Shown one piece after another: positions 18,359-25,431 of a DNA stretch of 32,000 nucleotides (position 1 is the first letter of the stretch; each line of letters opens with the position of its first letter). The notes under the pieces are model-generated. The model searched no databases. It saw only the letters and a program-made list of their open reading frames with translations, and had not been told where the DNA came from. This stretch comes from Hathewaya proteolytica DSM 3090 (GTDB lineage: Bacteria; Bacillota; Clostridia; Clostridiales; Clostridiaceae): assembly GCF_900142225.1 (NCBI RefSeq), contig NZ_FRAD01000006.1, forward strand, positions 131,548 through 163,547, written 5' to 3'. The translations under genes were made by a program, and so were the position numbers.

Positions 18359-18419
18359 ACAAACGTTTAAATTATATATTTTCACATATCCTAAACGTAG
18401 TTTTTATATCCTAAACGTA
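18359..18419 (-). promoter_or_regulatory. LytTR-type direct repeats plus a -10 box (activator-dependent promoter of the precursor/rSAM operon)
   Basis: Minus strand: tTACGTTTAGgatataaaaacTACGTTTAGgatatgtgaaaataTATAATttaAACGTTTGTg. TACGTTTAG occurs at 18411-18419 and 18391-18399 (20-bp period; the extended 14-nt repeat is TACGTTTAGGATAT). Both copies fit the AgrA-type consensus [TA][AC][CA]GTTN[AG][TG]. TATAAT at 18371-18376 lies 14 nt after the proximal repeat, with no -35 hexamer. A third consensus-fitting site AACGTTTGT is at 18359-18367. Confidence 0.7.
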
Positions 18420-18420
18420 A

Positions 18421-19146
18421 TTACTTTTTCAGACCAGTCAAGCATCTAAAAGAAACAAAACACTGTTCGCCATTTTTCATCATTAAAATCCTTCTTTTTT
18501 TATCCACCTCTATAATATTATTTTTATTCACTATGTAGGCTCTGTGTGATCTATAAAAGTTTTCCGGTAAATTTTCCTCAAACTCTCGCAAAGTCCCGTA
18601 AATCTCAAAAATCCTGTTTTTCTCGTGAACTACAAGCTTATGTGGTGACTGTGATGTTTCAATGAACATAACCTCATCCAACATAATTTTGATTTTTCTA
18701 CCCTCTTGCTCTAACAAAAGCACATTTTCTTTTTTCTCTGTCTTTTCAAAATTATCATTAATGTAAGATAAGGTTTTCTGTAGATTGGCTCGTACATTGT
18801 TAAAATTATCCTTAATAATATAATCAATGGCCTCAACTTTGTATTTAAACGTAAGGAAACTCATTTCGGAATGAGTAGTTAAAAAAATAATATAGCCAAG
18901 AGCATCCCTCTCCCTTATAAGACTGGCAAGCTGAAGTCCATTCACACTGTTGTTTAAATCTATATCCAGAATGTATATCCCCCTACGTACATTGTTTTCC
19001 TCTATGTATTCCAGTACTTGGTCCGGAGTTCTCGCACTGAGTTTTAACTGAAAGTCAAATTCCCATTGTCCTATTAGATCACTTACAATCTTCTCTATTT
19101 TACTGCATTGAATAGAACTGTCTTCACATATTATAACTGAAAGCAT
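18421..19146 (-). CDS. LytTR-family response regulator (AgrA/ComE-like)
   Basis: N-terminal receiver domain (VIICEDSS...IYILDIDL phospho-acceptor Asp context). C-terminal LytTR domain (VMFIETSQSPHKLVVHEKNRIFEIYGTLREFEENLPENFYRSHRAYIVN). The ATG at 19146 has no adjacent SD. Confidence 0.88.
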   Translation of the reverse strand: MLSVIICEDSSIQCSKIEKIVSDLIGQWEFDFQLKLSARTPDQVLEYIEENNVRRGIYILDIDLNNSVNGLQLASLIRERDALGYIIFLTTHSEMSFLTFKYKVEAIDYIIKDNFNNVRANLQKTLSYINDNFEKTEKKENVLLLEQEGRKIKIMLDEVMFIETSQSPHKLVVHEKNRIFEIYGTLREFEENLPENFYRSHRAYIVNKNNIIEVDKKRRILMMKNGEQCFVSFRCLTGLKK

Positions 19147-19276
19147 ACGGTCATGATAAGGAATATCTTTTCGTTATCCCCTAATTCCTCCTCTTCAGAT
19201 TTGTCATATTAATAAGAAATTATCTACATCTATTATACATTAATAATTATATTTTTCAATATATAGTTAAAACAAG

Positions 19277-19320
19277 CTAAAAAGTCAGCATTTTGCCCGT
19301 AAAGGAAAACACTGACTTTC
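19277..19320 (-). terminator. Intrinsic terminator after the BlaI-family gene
   Basis: Minus strand AAAGTCAGtgTTTTcctttacgggcAAAAtgCTGACTTTTT. It lies 45 nt past the stop at 19364. Confidence 0.6.
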
Positions 19321-19363
19321 ATAATACCCTTGCACCAATTCTATGATAACCGTTGGAAACTCA

Positions 19364-19741
19364 CTATTTTTTTTTATCATCCATTTCATCTAGCATATTT
19401 CTCAATTCTGTTAAATCCTCTTCTCCTATAGCATTGCCATCGTATAAAGATGTAACAAAGCGACTTAGAGAATTTCCAAACATCTTTTTGAAAATGGATT
19501 TTCCTTCTTCCTGAAGATACTTATCCTCATCCACCAAAGGAGAATAATAATTGATTTTACCTTGCTTTTCTTTCTTTATAAATCCTTTATCCTCCAGTCT
19601 AGATAAAAATGATAATACTGTATTGGGTAGGATATCTCTGCTTTTATCTAGCTTAGCTTCTATATCCATTCTTGTAACAGGGCCCTGTGAGTGCCATATT
19701 ATCATCATCAGCTCTAACTCAGAGTCAGGTAACTTCTTCAT
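19364..19741 (-). CDS. BlaI/MecI/CopY-family winged-helix repressor (no cognate BlaR1-type sensor gene adjacent)
   Basis: N-terminus LPDSELELMMIIWHSQGPVTRMDIEAKL...PNTVLSFLSRLEDKGFIKKEKQGKINYYSPLV is the penicillinase-repressor wHTH pattern. Start moved to the ATG at 19741, which follows GGAGGAGGG. Confidence 0.8.
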   Translation of the reverse strand: MKKLPDSELELMMIIWHSQGPVTRMDIEAKLDKSRDILPNTVLSFLSRLEDKGFIKKEKQGKINYYSPLVDEDKYLQEEGKSIFKKMFGNSLSRFVTSLYDGNAIGEEDLTELRNMLDEMDDKKK

Positions 19742-19776
19742 GTACTTCCCTCCTCCTTCAATATTCATTAGACGTT

Positions 19777-19846
19777 TGCCTAACTATATTAACAGTATAT
19801 TGCTTTTTATTTATTATGTCAACAATTATTTTAGGCACATGCCTAA
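19777..19846 (-). promoter_or_regulatory. Promoter of the BlaI-family gene flanked by a TTAGGCA/TGCCTAA dyad and an extra half-site
   Basis: Minus strand: TTAGGCAtgTGCCTAA (19831-19846), then TTGACA (19817-19822), 17-nt spacer, TATACT (19794-19799), then a further TTAGGCA half-site (19777-19783). The 2-nt spacer rules out an RNA hairpin, so a protein-binding dyad is more likely. Confidence 0.5.
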
Positions 19847-21141
19847 TTATACCACCCATTCCACACTTTCAGGTCAGAAAGGTATTGTTCCTCTACTGCA
19901 GGAACATAAAAAACTCCATAAGTATTTAAACCCTTATCCTCTTTCATTGTAGGAATTTCCACATAAATTTTGTAATAGGGCATATAATTTATATCCTTGC
20001 CATTTCTGTATACAAGCTCTGTCTTGCGTATATACTGTTCTCCTGGAAACTTTTCAGGTACTGTAGAGATGTATTTACCTTTGCAAAGGAGTTCCTCAGC
20101 TTTTTCCTTTGTAATAATAGGGTAGTACCCTAGTTTCTCGGAAAGATCAGGTTTATCAATGGTCATGCCAGAGAAATCACCATTTTCATTGTATATAATG
20201 GATATTATATTAAAATTATAGTTTATGATTTTGTCTATATCATTTTCTTTATCATTGTAAAAGTTAAAATTGAACCCACCTAGCTCACCATCATAGGTAT
20301 AATTTCCACCATGTATGTTTGCTTTAGGATTTTTCATAGGAATTATCTTATTGTAAGTATTTTTTATATAATCTTGAGATTTAAGGTGTTTTTCGTAACT
20401 TTCTTGTTTATTACCTCTTATTTTATATTCCTCTGGCAGTTCAAAAGGCTTAACAAATTCTATAGTGGTTTCCACATGGCAATCTACACTTATATTGTAC
20501 TTATCAGATGAAATGGTAGCACTTTTCAGTATATTATAGTCAAGTTCATTAAATTCAATTCCCACTTCTGAATCCCTCTCAACCTTAGAATTTATTTCTT
20601 CTTTATTTGGATGAATTTCTACAGGGTATTTTTCAGTGTCAATACCTAAAAATTCTGCTACTTCATAGGCACGTTTTTTTATGGGTTCTATATCAACCTT
20701 TATGGGCCTTCCGACTTCATCGTAGGAAAGCTTACTTTTAAACACCGGCAACCTAGTGATGTTCATGGATTCATTCCACGGATTCCCGTTTTTTAATTCA
20801 CTAATATCATAGGCCATATAACCCTCATAACCCATACCATCCGTAGAAAAACTACTGAATAAACACAATTTTTCTAGTTGGCCATTTTGATTTTGTTCAT
20901 GGGCTTTATCATCATTATAATCCACTTGAAAACTGTATTTATTACCTTGGTATTTGGGTTTTATTCTAGATTTTAAATAAATTCCTGTACCAACTACAGC
21001 ACACATAATAACAGAAGCCGCCACCACTCCGTATCTTTTCCATGGAATACTATGCTTCATTACAAGATTCTCTTCCTCTGCTTCATTTATGATATCCTCA
21101 CTTAGCATTCCCATGATTTGAAATATCCTTTCCCTCTTCAT
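19843..21141 (-). CDS. Membrane-anchored protein coupled to the sigma factor (putative anti-sigma factor with a large extracytoplasmic domain)
   Basis: About 35 cytoplasmic residues (MKRERIFQIMGMLSEDIINEAEE), one TM segment (YGVVAASVIMCAVVGTGIYL), then about 370 extracytoplasmic residues with no motif I recognise. Its ATG overlaps the sigma gene stop (ATGA). The anti-sigma call rests on position and topology only. Confidence 0.5.
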   Translation of the reverse strand: MKRERIFQIMGMLSEDIINEAEEENLVMKHSIPWKRYGVVAASVIMCAVVGTGIYLKSRIKPKYQGNKYSFQVDYNDDKAHEQNQNGQLEKLCLFSSFSTDGMGYEGYMAYDISELKNGNPWNESMNITRLPVFKSKLSYDEVGRPIKVDIEPIKKRAYEVAEFLGIDTEKYPVEIHPNKEEINSKVERDSEVGIEFNELDYNILKSATISSDKYNISVDCHVETTIEFVKPFELPEEYKIRGNKQESYEKHLKSQDYIKNTYNKIIPMKNPKANIHGGNYTYDGELGGFNFNFYNDKENDIDKIINYNFNIISIIYNENGDFSGMTIDKPDLSEKLGYYPIITKEKAEELLCKGKYISTVPEKFPGEQYIRKTELVYRNGKDINYMPYYKIYVEIPTMKEDKGLNTYGVFYVPAVEEQYLSDLKVWNGWYN

Positions 21142-21698
21142 ATATACACATCCTCCTTCTTCAAAAACACCTTAAGGGCTTTTCTTGTACGAAATAGAGA
21201 TGATAAAACGTTGCTTTTTGAAAGGCTGTATCTTTTTTGGATATCCTCTACACTATCACAATACCAGTACCGTCTAACAAAAATAAGTCTATTATGTTGC
21301 GACTGTTTTCCTAAAAACTCATCTATTAACCTGGCAATTTCTTTTTCCTCTATGCTGCTTTCCACATCATTACTAGAAGGTATACACTGTTCCATCTCTG
21401 TTAATATAAACTCCATGTCACCATTGCCACGTTTTTTTGCTTTTTGTTTTTTATACATATCAAAGGATAAATGCCGTGTAATGCATCCAAGAAAACTTCG
21501 CATAGAATTAGGCCTCTCCTCTGGTATAGAGTTCCATGTGCGGAGATAAGTATCATTAATGCACTCCTGTGAATCTTCATTATCCTTTAAGATATTCATT
21601 GCTATTTTACAAAGATAATTTCCATACTTATTATCCGTTTCAGTTATGGCTTCCTCACACCTCTGCCAGTACAGTTCAACGATTTCTGAATCCTCCAT
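21138..21698 (-). CDS. ECF-type sigma-70 family RNA polymerase sigma factor
   Basis: Region 2-like (IVELYWQRCEEAI...DTYLRTWNSIP) and region 4-like HTH (RLIFVRRYWYCDSVEDIQKRYSLSKSNVLSSLFRTRKALKVFL). Start moved to the ATG at 21698, which follows AAAGGGGTG. Confidence 0.8.
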   Translation of the reverse strand: MEDSEIVELYWQRCEEAITETDNKYGNYLCKIAMNILKDNEDSQECINDTYLRTWNSIPEERPNSMRSFLGCITRHLSFDMYKKQKAKKRGNGDMEFILTEMEQCIPSSNDVESSIEEKEIARLIDEFLGKQSQHNRLIFVRRYWYCDSVEDIQKRYSLSKSNVLSSLFRTRKALKVFLKKEDVYI

Positions 21699-21760
21699 GA
21701 TATCACCCCTTTTCCCTTTCACCTATAAAGACGAATTTTTCAGTAGAAAATTGCATATTA

Positions 21761-23296
21761 TTAAAAATAAATTTTCTTTAATCCAAGCTCTGTGAATTCA
21801 TACACCGTATCAGCAACTTCCCTTATGAACTTTCTGTCGTGAGATATAGAAATTATAGTGCCACCATATTCCTTTAAAATGTTTCTGATAACCGGATTGG
21901 ACAAAGCTGAAAAGTTTCTTGTAGGTTCATCTAAAATTAAAACATTGTGCTTATTCATAATCATTTTAAGGAAAAACAACTTGGCTTTTTGCCCACCAGA
22001 CAGTTCACCTATATTATGCTCCATCTCCAAAGTAGTGTATTTCATGCTACCCAGAAAGGTTCGAATGCGGCTATTCTCTTCCTTGTCCCATGTTATGCTT
22101 AGAAATTCCACAGGAGTTTTATTATAGTCAAGCTCTTCTTCATAATTTTGTGGCATATAAGATGCCTTTATGTCTTTTCTCTGAAGAAGTTCTTCTGCTA
22201 TAGACCTTATAAGTGTAGTTTTACCAACTCCATTTTTACCAATAATACAAATTTTCTTGCCACCCATGACTTTTAGATTTATATCTCGTGATAAAATACG
22301 TTGATGTACAAAAAGTTCATCCCTGTGGAAATCCAATACCACCTTCCCCCTTGGCAATTGAACATCCTCATTGAATTTTACCATAATGGCCTCTTCATCA
22401 TGGGGCATCTCCGTCATATTCTCATACTGTTTTTCAAATCTTTTCTCCATGGATTTCACCACGTGCATCTTCTTTTTTAAAAGTTTTCCACCATGTGGAT
22501 TTTGTCTAGATACGTTTTTTTGGTCATGCTCTACTTTTTGCTGTATCCTTCTAAATTTCTCCTGCTGTTTTTCATATTCCTCTTTTTCCTTTCTAGCCAT
22601 CTGTTCCTGACGCTGAAAGGCTTTCAACCTTGTTTCCACGTACTCCTCATAGCCCATCTTTGCCACCGTATATCGACAAATTGTCTTTCTACGTATCTGC
22701 TCTAAGTGAACAATGATATTTGCCGTATTTTCCAGCAAAGTTTCATCGTGGGATATGAATACTACAGATAATCCACAATTATTGATAAACTCTTCAAGCC
22801 ATTGTAGGGTTGACATATCAATATCATTGGAAGGTTCATCTAAAAGCAACACCTGAGGTTTTTCCATGATTATGCTAGCCATTTGCATTTTCACCTTTTC
22901 ACCACCGGACAATTTTCCCATATGTTGTTGCGAGTAAAACATCTCTAACTCCATACCCATTTTGTATGCAAGATCCGAAAGTTCCTTATTGTCCATATCG
23001 TAAAAACAAGGATTCCCGCAGAAGTATTCATACACCGTCTTTCCCTTATTTTCATCCTCCAACTCTTGCGGCAAGTATGCAATTCTAACATCTTTTTTTA
23101 AGATTTGCCCATTGTATTCCACATAATCGGACACTAACCCTTCATCATATATGAGTTTTAAAAGTGTAGATTTTCCATTACCTTCCTCACCAATAATCGC
23201 CACCTTGTCTCCTTCATTCAGTACAAAGGAAAAATCCTTTATTAATTCCTGTAAATCTTTTCTATGTGTAATATTTAAATTTCTAATTTCAAGCAT
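21761..23296 (-). CDS. ABC-F family ATPase (two NBDs, no TM domain); ARE (ribosome-protection)-like
   Basis: Two Walker A motifs (GEEGNGKST, GKNGVGKTT). Two signatures (LSGGEKVK, LSGGQKAK). Two Walker B motifs (LLLDEPSND, LILDEPTRN). They are joined by a charged ~80-aa linker (QRQEQMARKEKEEYEKQQEKFRRIQQKVEHDQK...). 511 aa, no membrane segments. The ARE assignment is inferred from size, linker and leader. Confidence 0.85.
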   Translation of the reverse strand: MLEIRNLNITHRKDLQELIKDFSFVLNEGDKVAIIGEEGNGKSTLLKLIYDEGLVSDYVEYNGQILKKDVRIAYLPQELEDENKGKTVYEYFCGNPCFYDMDNKELSDLAYKMGMELEMFYSQQHMGKLSGGEKVKMQMASIIMEKPQVLLLDEPSNDIDMSTLQWLEEFINNCGLSVVFISHDETLLENTANIIVHLEQIRRKTICRYTVAKMGYEEYVETRLKAFQRQEQMARKEKEEYEKQQEKFRRIQQKVEHDQKNVSRQNPHGGKLLKKKMHVVKSMEKRFEKQYENMTEMPHDEEAIMVKFNEDVQLPRGKVVLDFHRDELFVHQRILSRDINLKVMGGKKICIIGKNGVGKTTLIRSIAEELLQRKDIKASYMPQNYEEELDYNKTPVEFLSITWDKEENSRIRTFLGSMKYTTLEMEHNIGELSGGQKAKLFFLKMIMNKHNVLILDEPTRNFSALSNPVIRNILKEYGGTIISISHDRKFIREVADTVYEFTELGLKKIYF

Positions 23297-23315
23297 GATA
23301 TCATCTCCTATTTTG

Positions 23316-23358
23316 TAAATAAAAAAGTCCGCCTCTAGCTATTAGCCAAAAACAGACT
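23316..23358 (-). terminator. Leader terminator (attenuator) immediately upstream of the ABC-F ribosome-binding site
   Basis: Minus-strand RNA AGUCUGUUUUUGGC-uaaua-GCUAGAGGCGGACU forms a 14-bp stem (several G.U pairs), followed by UUUUUUAUUU and then AAAAUAGGAGAUGAUAUC-AUG. Confidence 0.55.
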
Positions 23359-23517
23359 GATAATTTCCATATACAGATGATAATGCAAACTTATCCTTTC
23401 ATGTTAACAAATATTATCCACATTGTGGATAACTATTTTAAGGACATTAATTTAATGGTATCTGTATAGTACATGCAAATCCGTTTTAGGCGCTAGAAAC
23501 AAGCCTGCCAAGCAGAC

Positions 23518-23568
23518 CTAAATTTCTAAAATTTCCTTAAAACAGATTACATATTCATGACTATGCAT
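23518..23568 (-). CDS. Candidate 16-codon leader uORF (MHSHEYVICFKEILEI) in the ABC-F leader
   Basis: AAAGGGG followed 3 nt later by ATG. The spacing is short, so this is weak. Stop TAG at 23518-23520. A 3-codon alternative (ATGAATATGTAA) lies 9 nt further downstream. Confidence 0.3.
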   Translation of the reverse strand: MHSHEYVICFKEILEI

Positions 23569-23594
23569 ACACCCCTTTAAATTTTGCTAACTTT

Positions 23595-23623
23595 AATATA
23601 TCACAACAGCTATTTTGTGTCAA
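23595..23623 (-). promoter_or_regulatory. Sigma-A promoter of the ABC-F leader
   Basis: Minus strand TTGACA (23618-23623), 17-nt spacer, TGaTATATT (-10 hexamer 23595-23600). This predicts a leader of about 290 nt. Confidence 0.6.
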
Positions 23624-23662
23624 AAAAATTATATCACATGCTACTTAAAAACAATGTAATAA

Positions 23663-24382
23663 TCATAAGAACAGCGCAAGGATCATAAGAACAATGCCTA
23701 TAACACAAACAATTATTGAACTTATTTTCTGTGCTTTAAAATAAGCTTCTGTGGGCTCTGGATTCTTTACGTATATTGGTATCATAGTTCCTCTAAAATT
23801 TGTACTAGGATACCTGTACCACAAATAACCTAATCCTATAAGAACCAATCCTATAAACAAGAAAATGAAACTTCCTCTAAAGGTAACATCGTATCCCAAA
23901 GCTGTGGTAATTACTAAGCGAACATCCACATTTGAACCATATGAAGACATATCCATAGGGTAAAATAGTGGTAATTTTTCGCCACCCGTTTGACTATTTA
24001 CAGCAATAGGTTTATTTCCATACTCATGAACCACGCCACTGAACAAAAGTTTATAATTTGAAAATACCTTTACTTCTTCACCCAGATTTACTTTTTTAAG
24101 ATCATCACCCATGACCTTATACTCATTCTCATATTTTCCATCTAAAATGTACTTAACACTTATTTCTCTGTCTTGATTTGTAGTATTATCCACTACTATA
24201 TCTACTTTACTGCCAAGATACTTGTAATGATATTCAAAGCCTTTTTCATTACTTATTTTTCTCTTGAAACCACCATATAGACAAGTACCCCTTTGAAAGA
24301 ACAAGATAAAATAACCAACCAAAGCCAATAGCACCATGACTATTGCTGCGTTTTTTTGCCAACCCTTTTTAGTAATATTCAC
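23663..24382 (-). CDS. Hypothetical membrane protein (N-terminal TM, ~130-aa external domain, two C-terminal TM segments)
   Basis: GTG start 7 nt after AAGGAGGG. Hydrophobic segments AAIVMVLLALVGYFILFF, FIFLFIGLVLIGLGYLW and IIVCVIGIVLMILALF. No recognisable motif. Confidence 0.6.
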   Translation of the reverse strand: MNITKKGWQKNAAIVMVLLALVGYFILFFQRGTCLYGGFKRKISNEKGFEYHYKYLGSKVDIVVDNTTNQDREISVKYILDGKYENEYKVMGDDLKKVNLGEEVKVFSNYKLLFSGVVHEYGNKPIAVNSQTGGEKLPLFYPMDMSSYGSNVDVRLVITTALGYDVTFRGSFIFLFIGLVLIGLGYLWYRYPSTNFRGTMIPIYVKNPEPTEAYFKAQKISSIIVCVIGIVLMILALFL

Positions 24383-24522
24383 AGAAATCCCTCCTTGTAT
24401 AATATCTTACATAATATATTACATCAATTTTGAACATTTTGAAATATATTTCTGTAATTTTATTATTTACGTGCTATAATGATGTTATAAATATAAATAT
24501 TCTGATTAGTTTGGAGGCCATT

Positions 24523-24786
24523 ATGTCATTCGAGAAAAAATTTGGTATCGTCACAGATATAGCGTTTTTTATATTTTTTATACCCATATTACTCTACAGA
24601 GACTTTTATAATGCCAATTTATCAATGATACAAAAAATACTTTTATATGTATGCTCAATTTCATTGTATACTATACCCATTATGAAATATTTCACAAAAT
24701 GTTCCTCTGACATGGTAAAAAAGGTAGACAGCATCTTGAGAACCATTGTTGCTATCATATTGGTTGTAACGCTATTCATTTTGTAA
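24523..24786 (+). CDS. Small hypothetical membrane protein (87 aa, ~3 TM)
   Basis: ATG at 24523, 5 nt after TTGGAGG. The track start at 24430 has no SD. Hydrophobic throughout. Confidence 0.5.
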   Translation: MSFEKKFGIVTDIAFFIFFIPILLYRDFYNANLSMIQKILLYVCSISLYTIPIMKYFTKCSSDMVKKVDSILRTIVAIILVVTLFIL

Positions 24787-24852
24787 CCATACTTTTTAAG
24801 GCAAAACCCTACCACGCTGTAACGATATTTTACCATGATAGGGTCTTTTCTC

Positions 24853-25230
24853 CTACTCAGATTTATTTATTATAACAAATTCTGTTCCTTTTTTCTCGAA
24901 CTTTTCTAACATTTCGCCTTCCTCAAAGATAAGATTATTACCTGATACTTTAAATACAAATTTATTATTATCCTTGTCTTCAACATATACTTTTCCATCT
25001 TTGACTTCATATTTCCCAGAAAAACCCCGATCATGAAGTGGATTTACAAGAATGAAAAATTTATCTTTTTTGATGGAAATTGTAGTTTTATTAAGCTCTT
25101 TTACTGGATCCTTTAGGTCTTCTTGTCCCTTTACCACATAGTACCCTTCCTTAATAGGATCACTCTTTTGGCAAGCCACCATGAACCCAAAACATAATAA
25201 ACACATTAAAATTGCAATTATTTTTTTCAT
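24853..25230 (-). CDS. Small lipoprotein
   Basis: Signal peptide with lipobox: MKKIIAILMCLLCFGFMVAC|QKSD. ATG at 25230, 6 nt after AAGGGGGG. Confidence 0.7.
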   Translation of the reverse strand: MKKIIAILMCLLCFGFMVACQKSDPIKEGYYVVKGQEDLKDPVKELNKTTISIKKDKFFILVNPLHDRGFSGKYEVKDGKVYVEDKDNNKFVFKVSGNNLIFEEGEMLEKFEKKGTEFVIINKSE

Positions 25231-25379
25231 GTGCATCCCCCCTTAAACTTAATTTATATTATAGAGTTAAAGCCCCACTTCAAGATAATAATTCAGTTTA
25301 TACGATATATCATATATGTTTAGTATATAATATTCTATATATTTTGTATTATTGTAATAATTCTGTAATTTGTGTTGCA

Positions 25380-25408
25380 TTGAATTTCTATAAACCCTGT
25401 GCTATACT
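25380..25408 (+). promoter_or_regulatory. Promoter of the Rrf2 regulator gene
   Basis: TTGAAT (25380-25385), 17-nt spacer, TGcTATACT (-10 hexamer 25403-25408). Confidence 0.5.
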
Positions 25409-25431
25409 AGGTTAATACGGAGGTGTTGCAT

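Noticed and set aside
19147-19200. Strong SD-like GAGGAGGAATTAGGGG about 46 nt upstream of the response-regulator ATG with no start codon at a usable distance; the regulator's own ATG has no SD; a 7-codon uORF (ATGACCGTATGCTTTCAGTTATAA) overlaps the start
   Set aside because: I could not turn this into a consistent model. The in-frame upstream extension hits a TAA, and AGGAAT/ATTCCT pairing would sequester the SD-like run rather than present it. It may be chance or a leader structure. Noted only as a caveat on the regulator's start site.
19551-21549. Plus-strand ORFs 19551-19952, 19687-19929, 20311-20511 and 21118-21549
   Set aside because: They are antisense shadows of the BlaI-family, membrane-partner and sigma-factor genes. 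They have no SD and low-complexity translations.
24606-24836. Minus-strand 76-aa ORF overlapping the small membrane-protein gene
   Set aside because: It competes with the plus-strand gene, which has a canonical GGAGG at correct spacing and a coherent TM pattern. The minus-strand ORF has no convincing SD and no motif.
24787-24852. ACCCTAcCA...TGATAGGGT pairing between the convergent small membrane-protein and lipoprotein genes as a bidirectional terminator
   Set aside because: The stem has a mismatch and a loop of about 20 nt, and the flanking T/A runs are short. Too weak to call.
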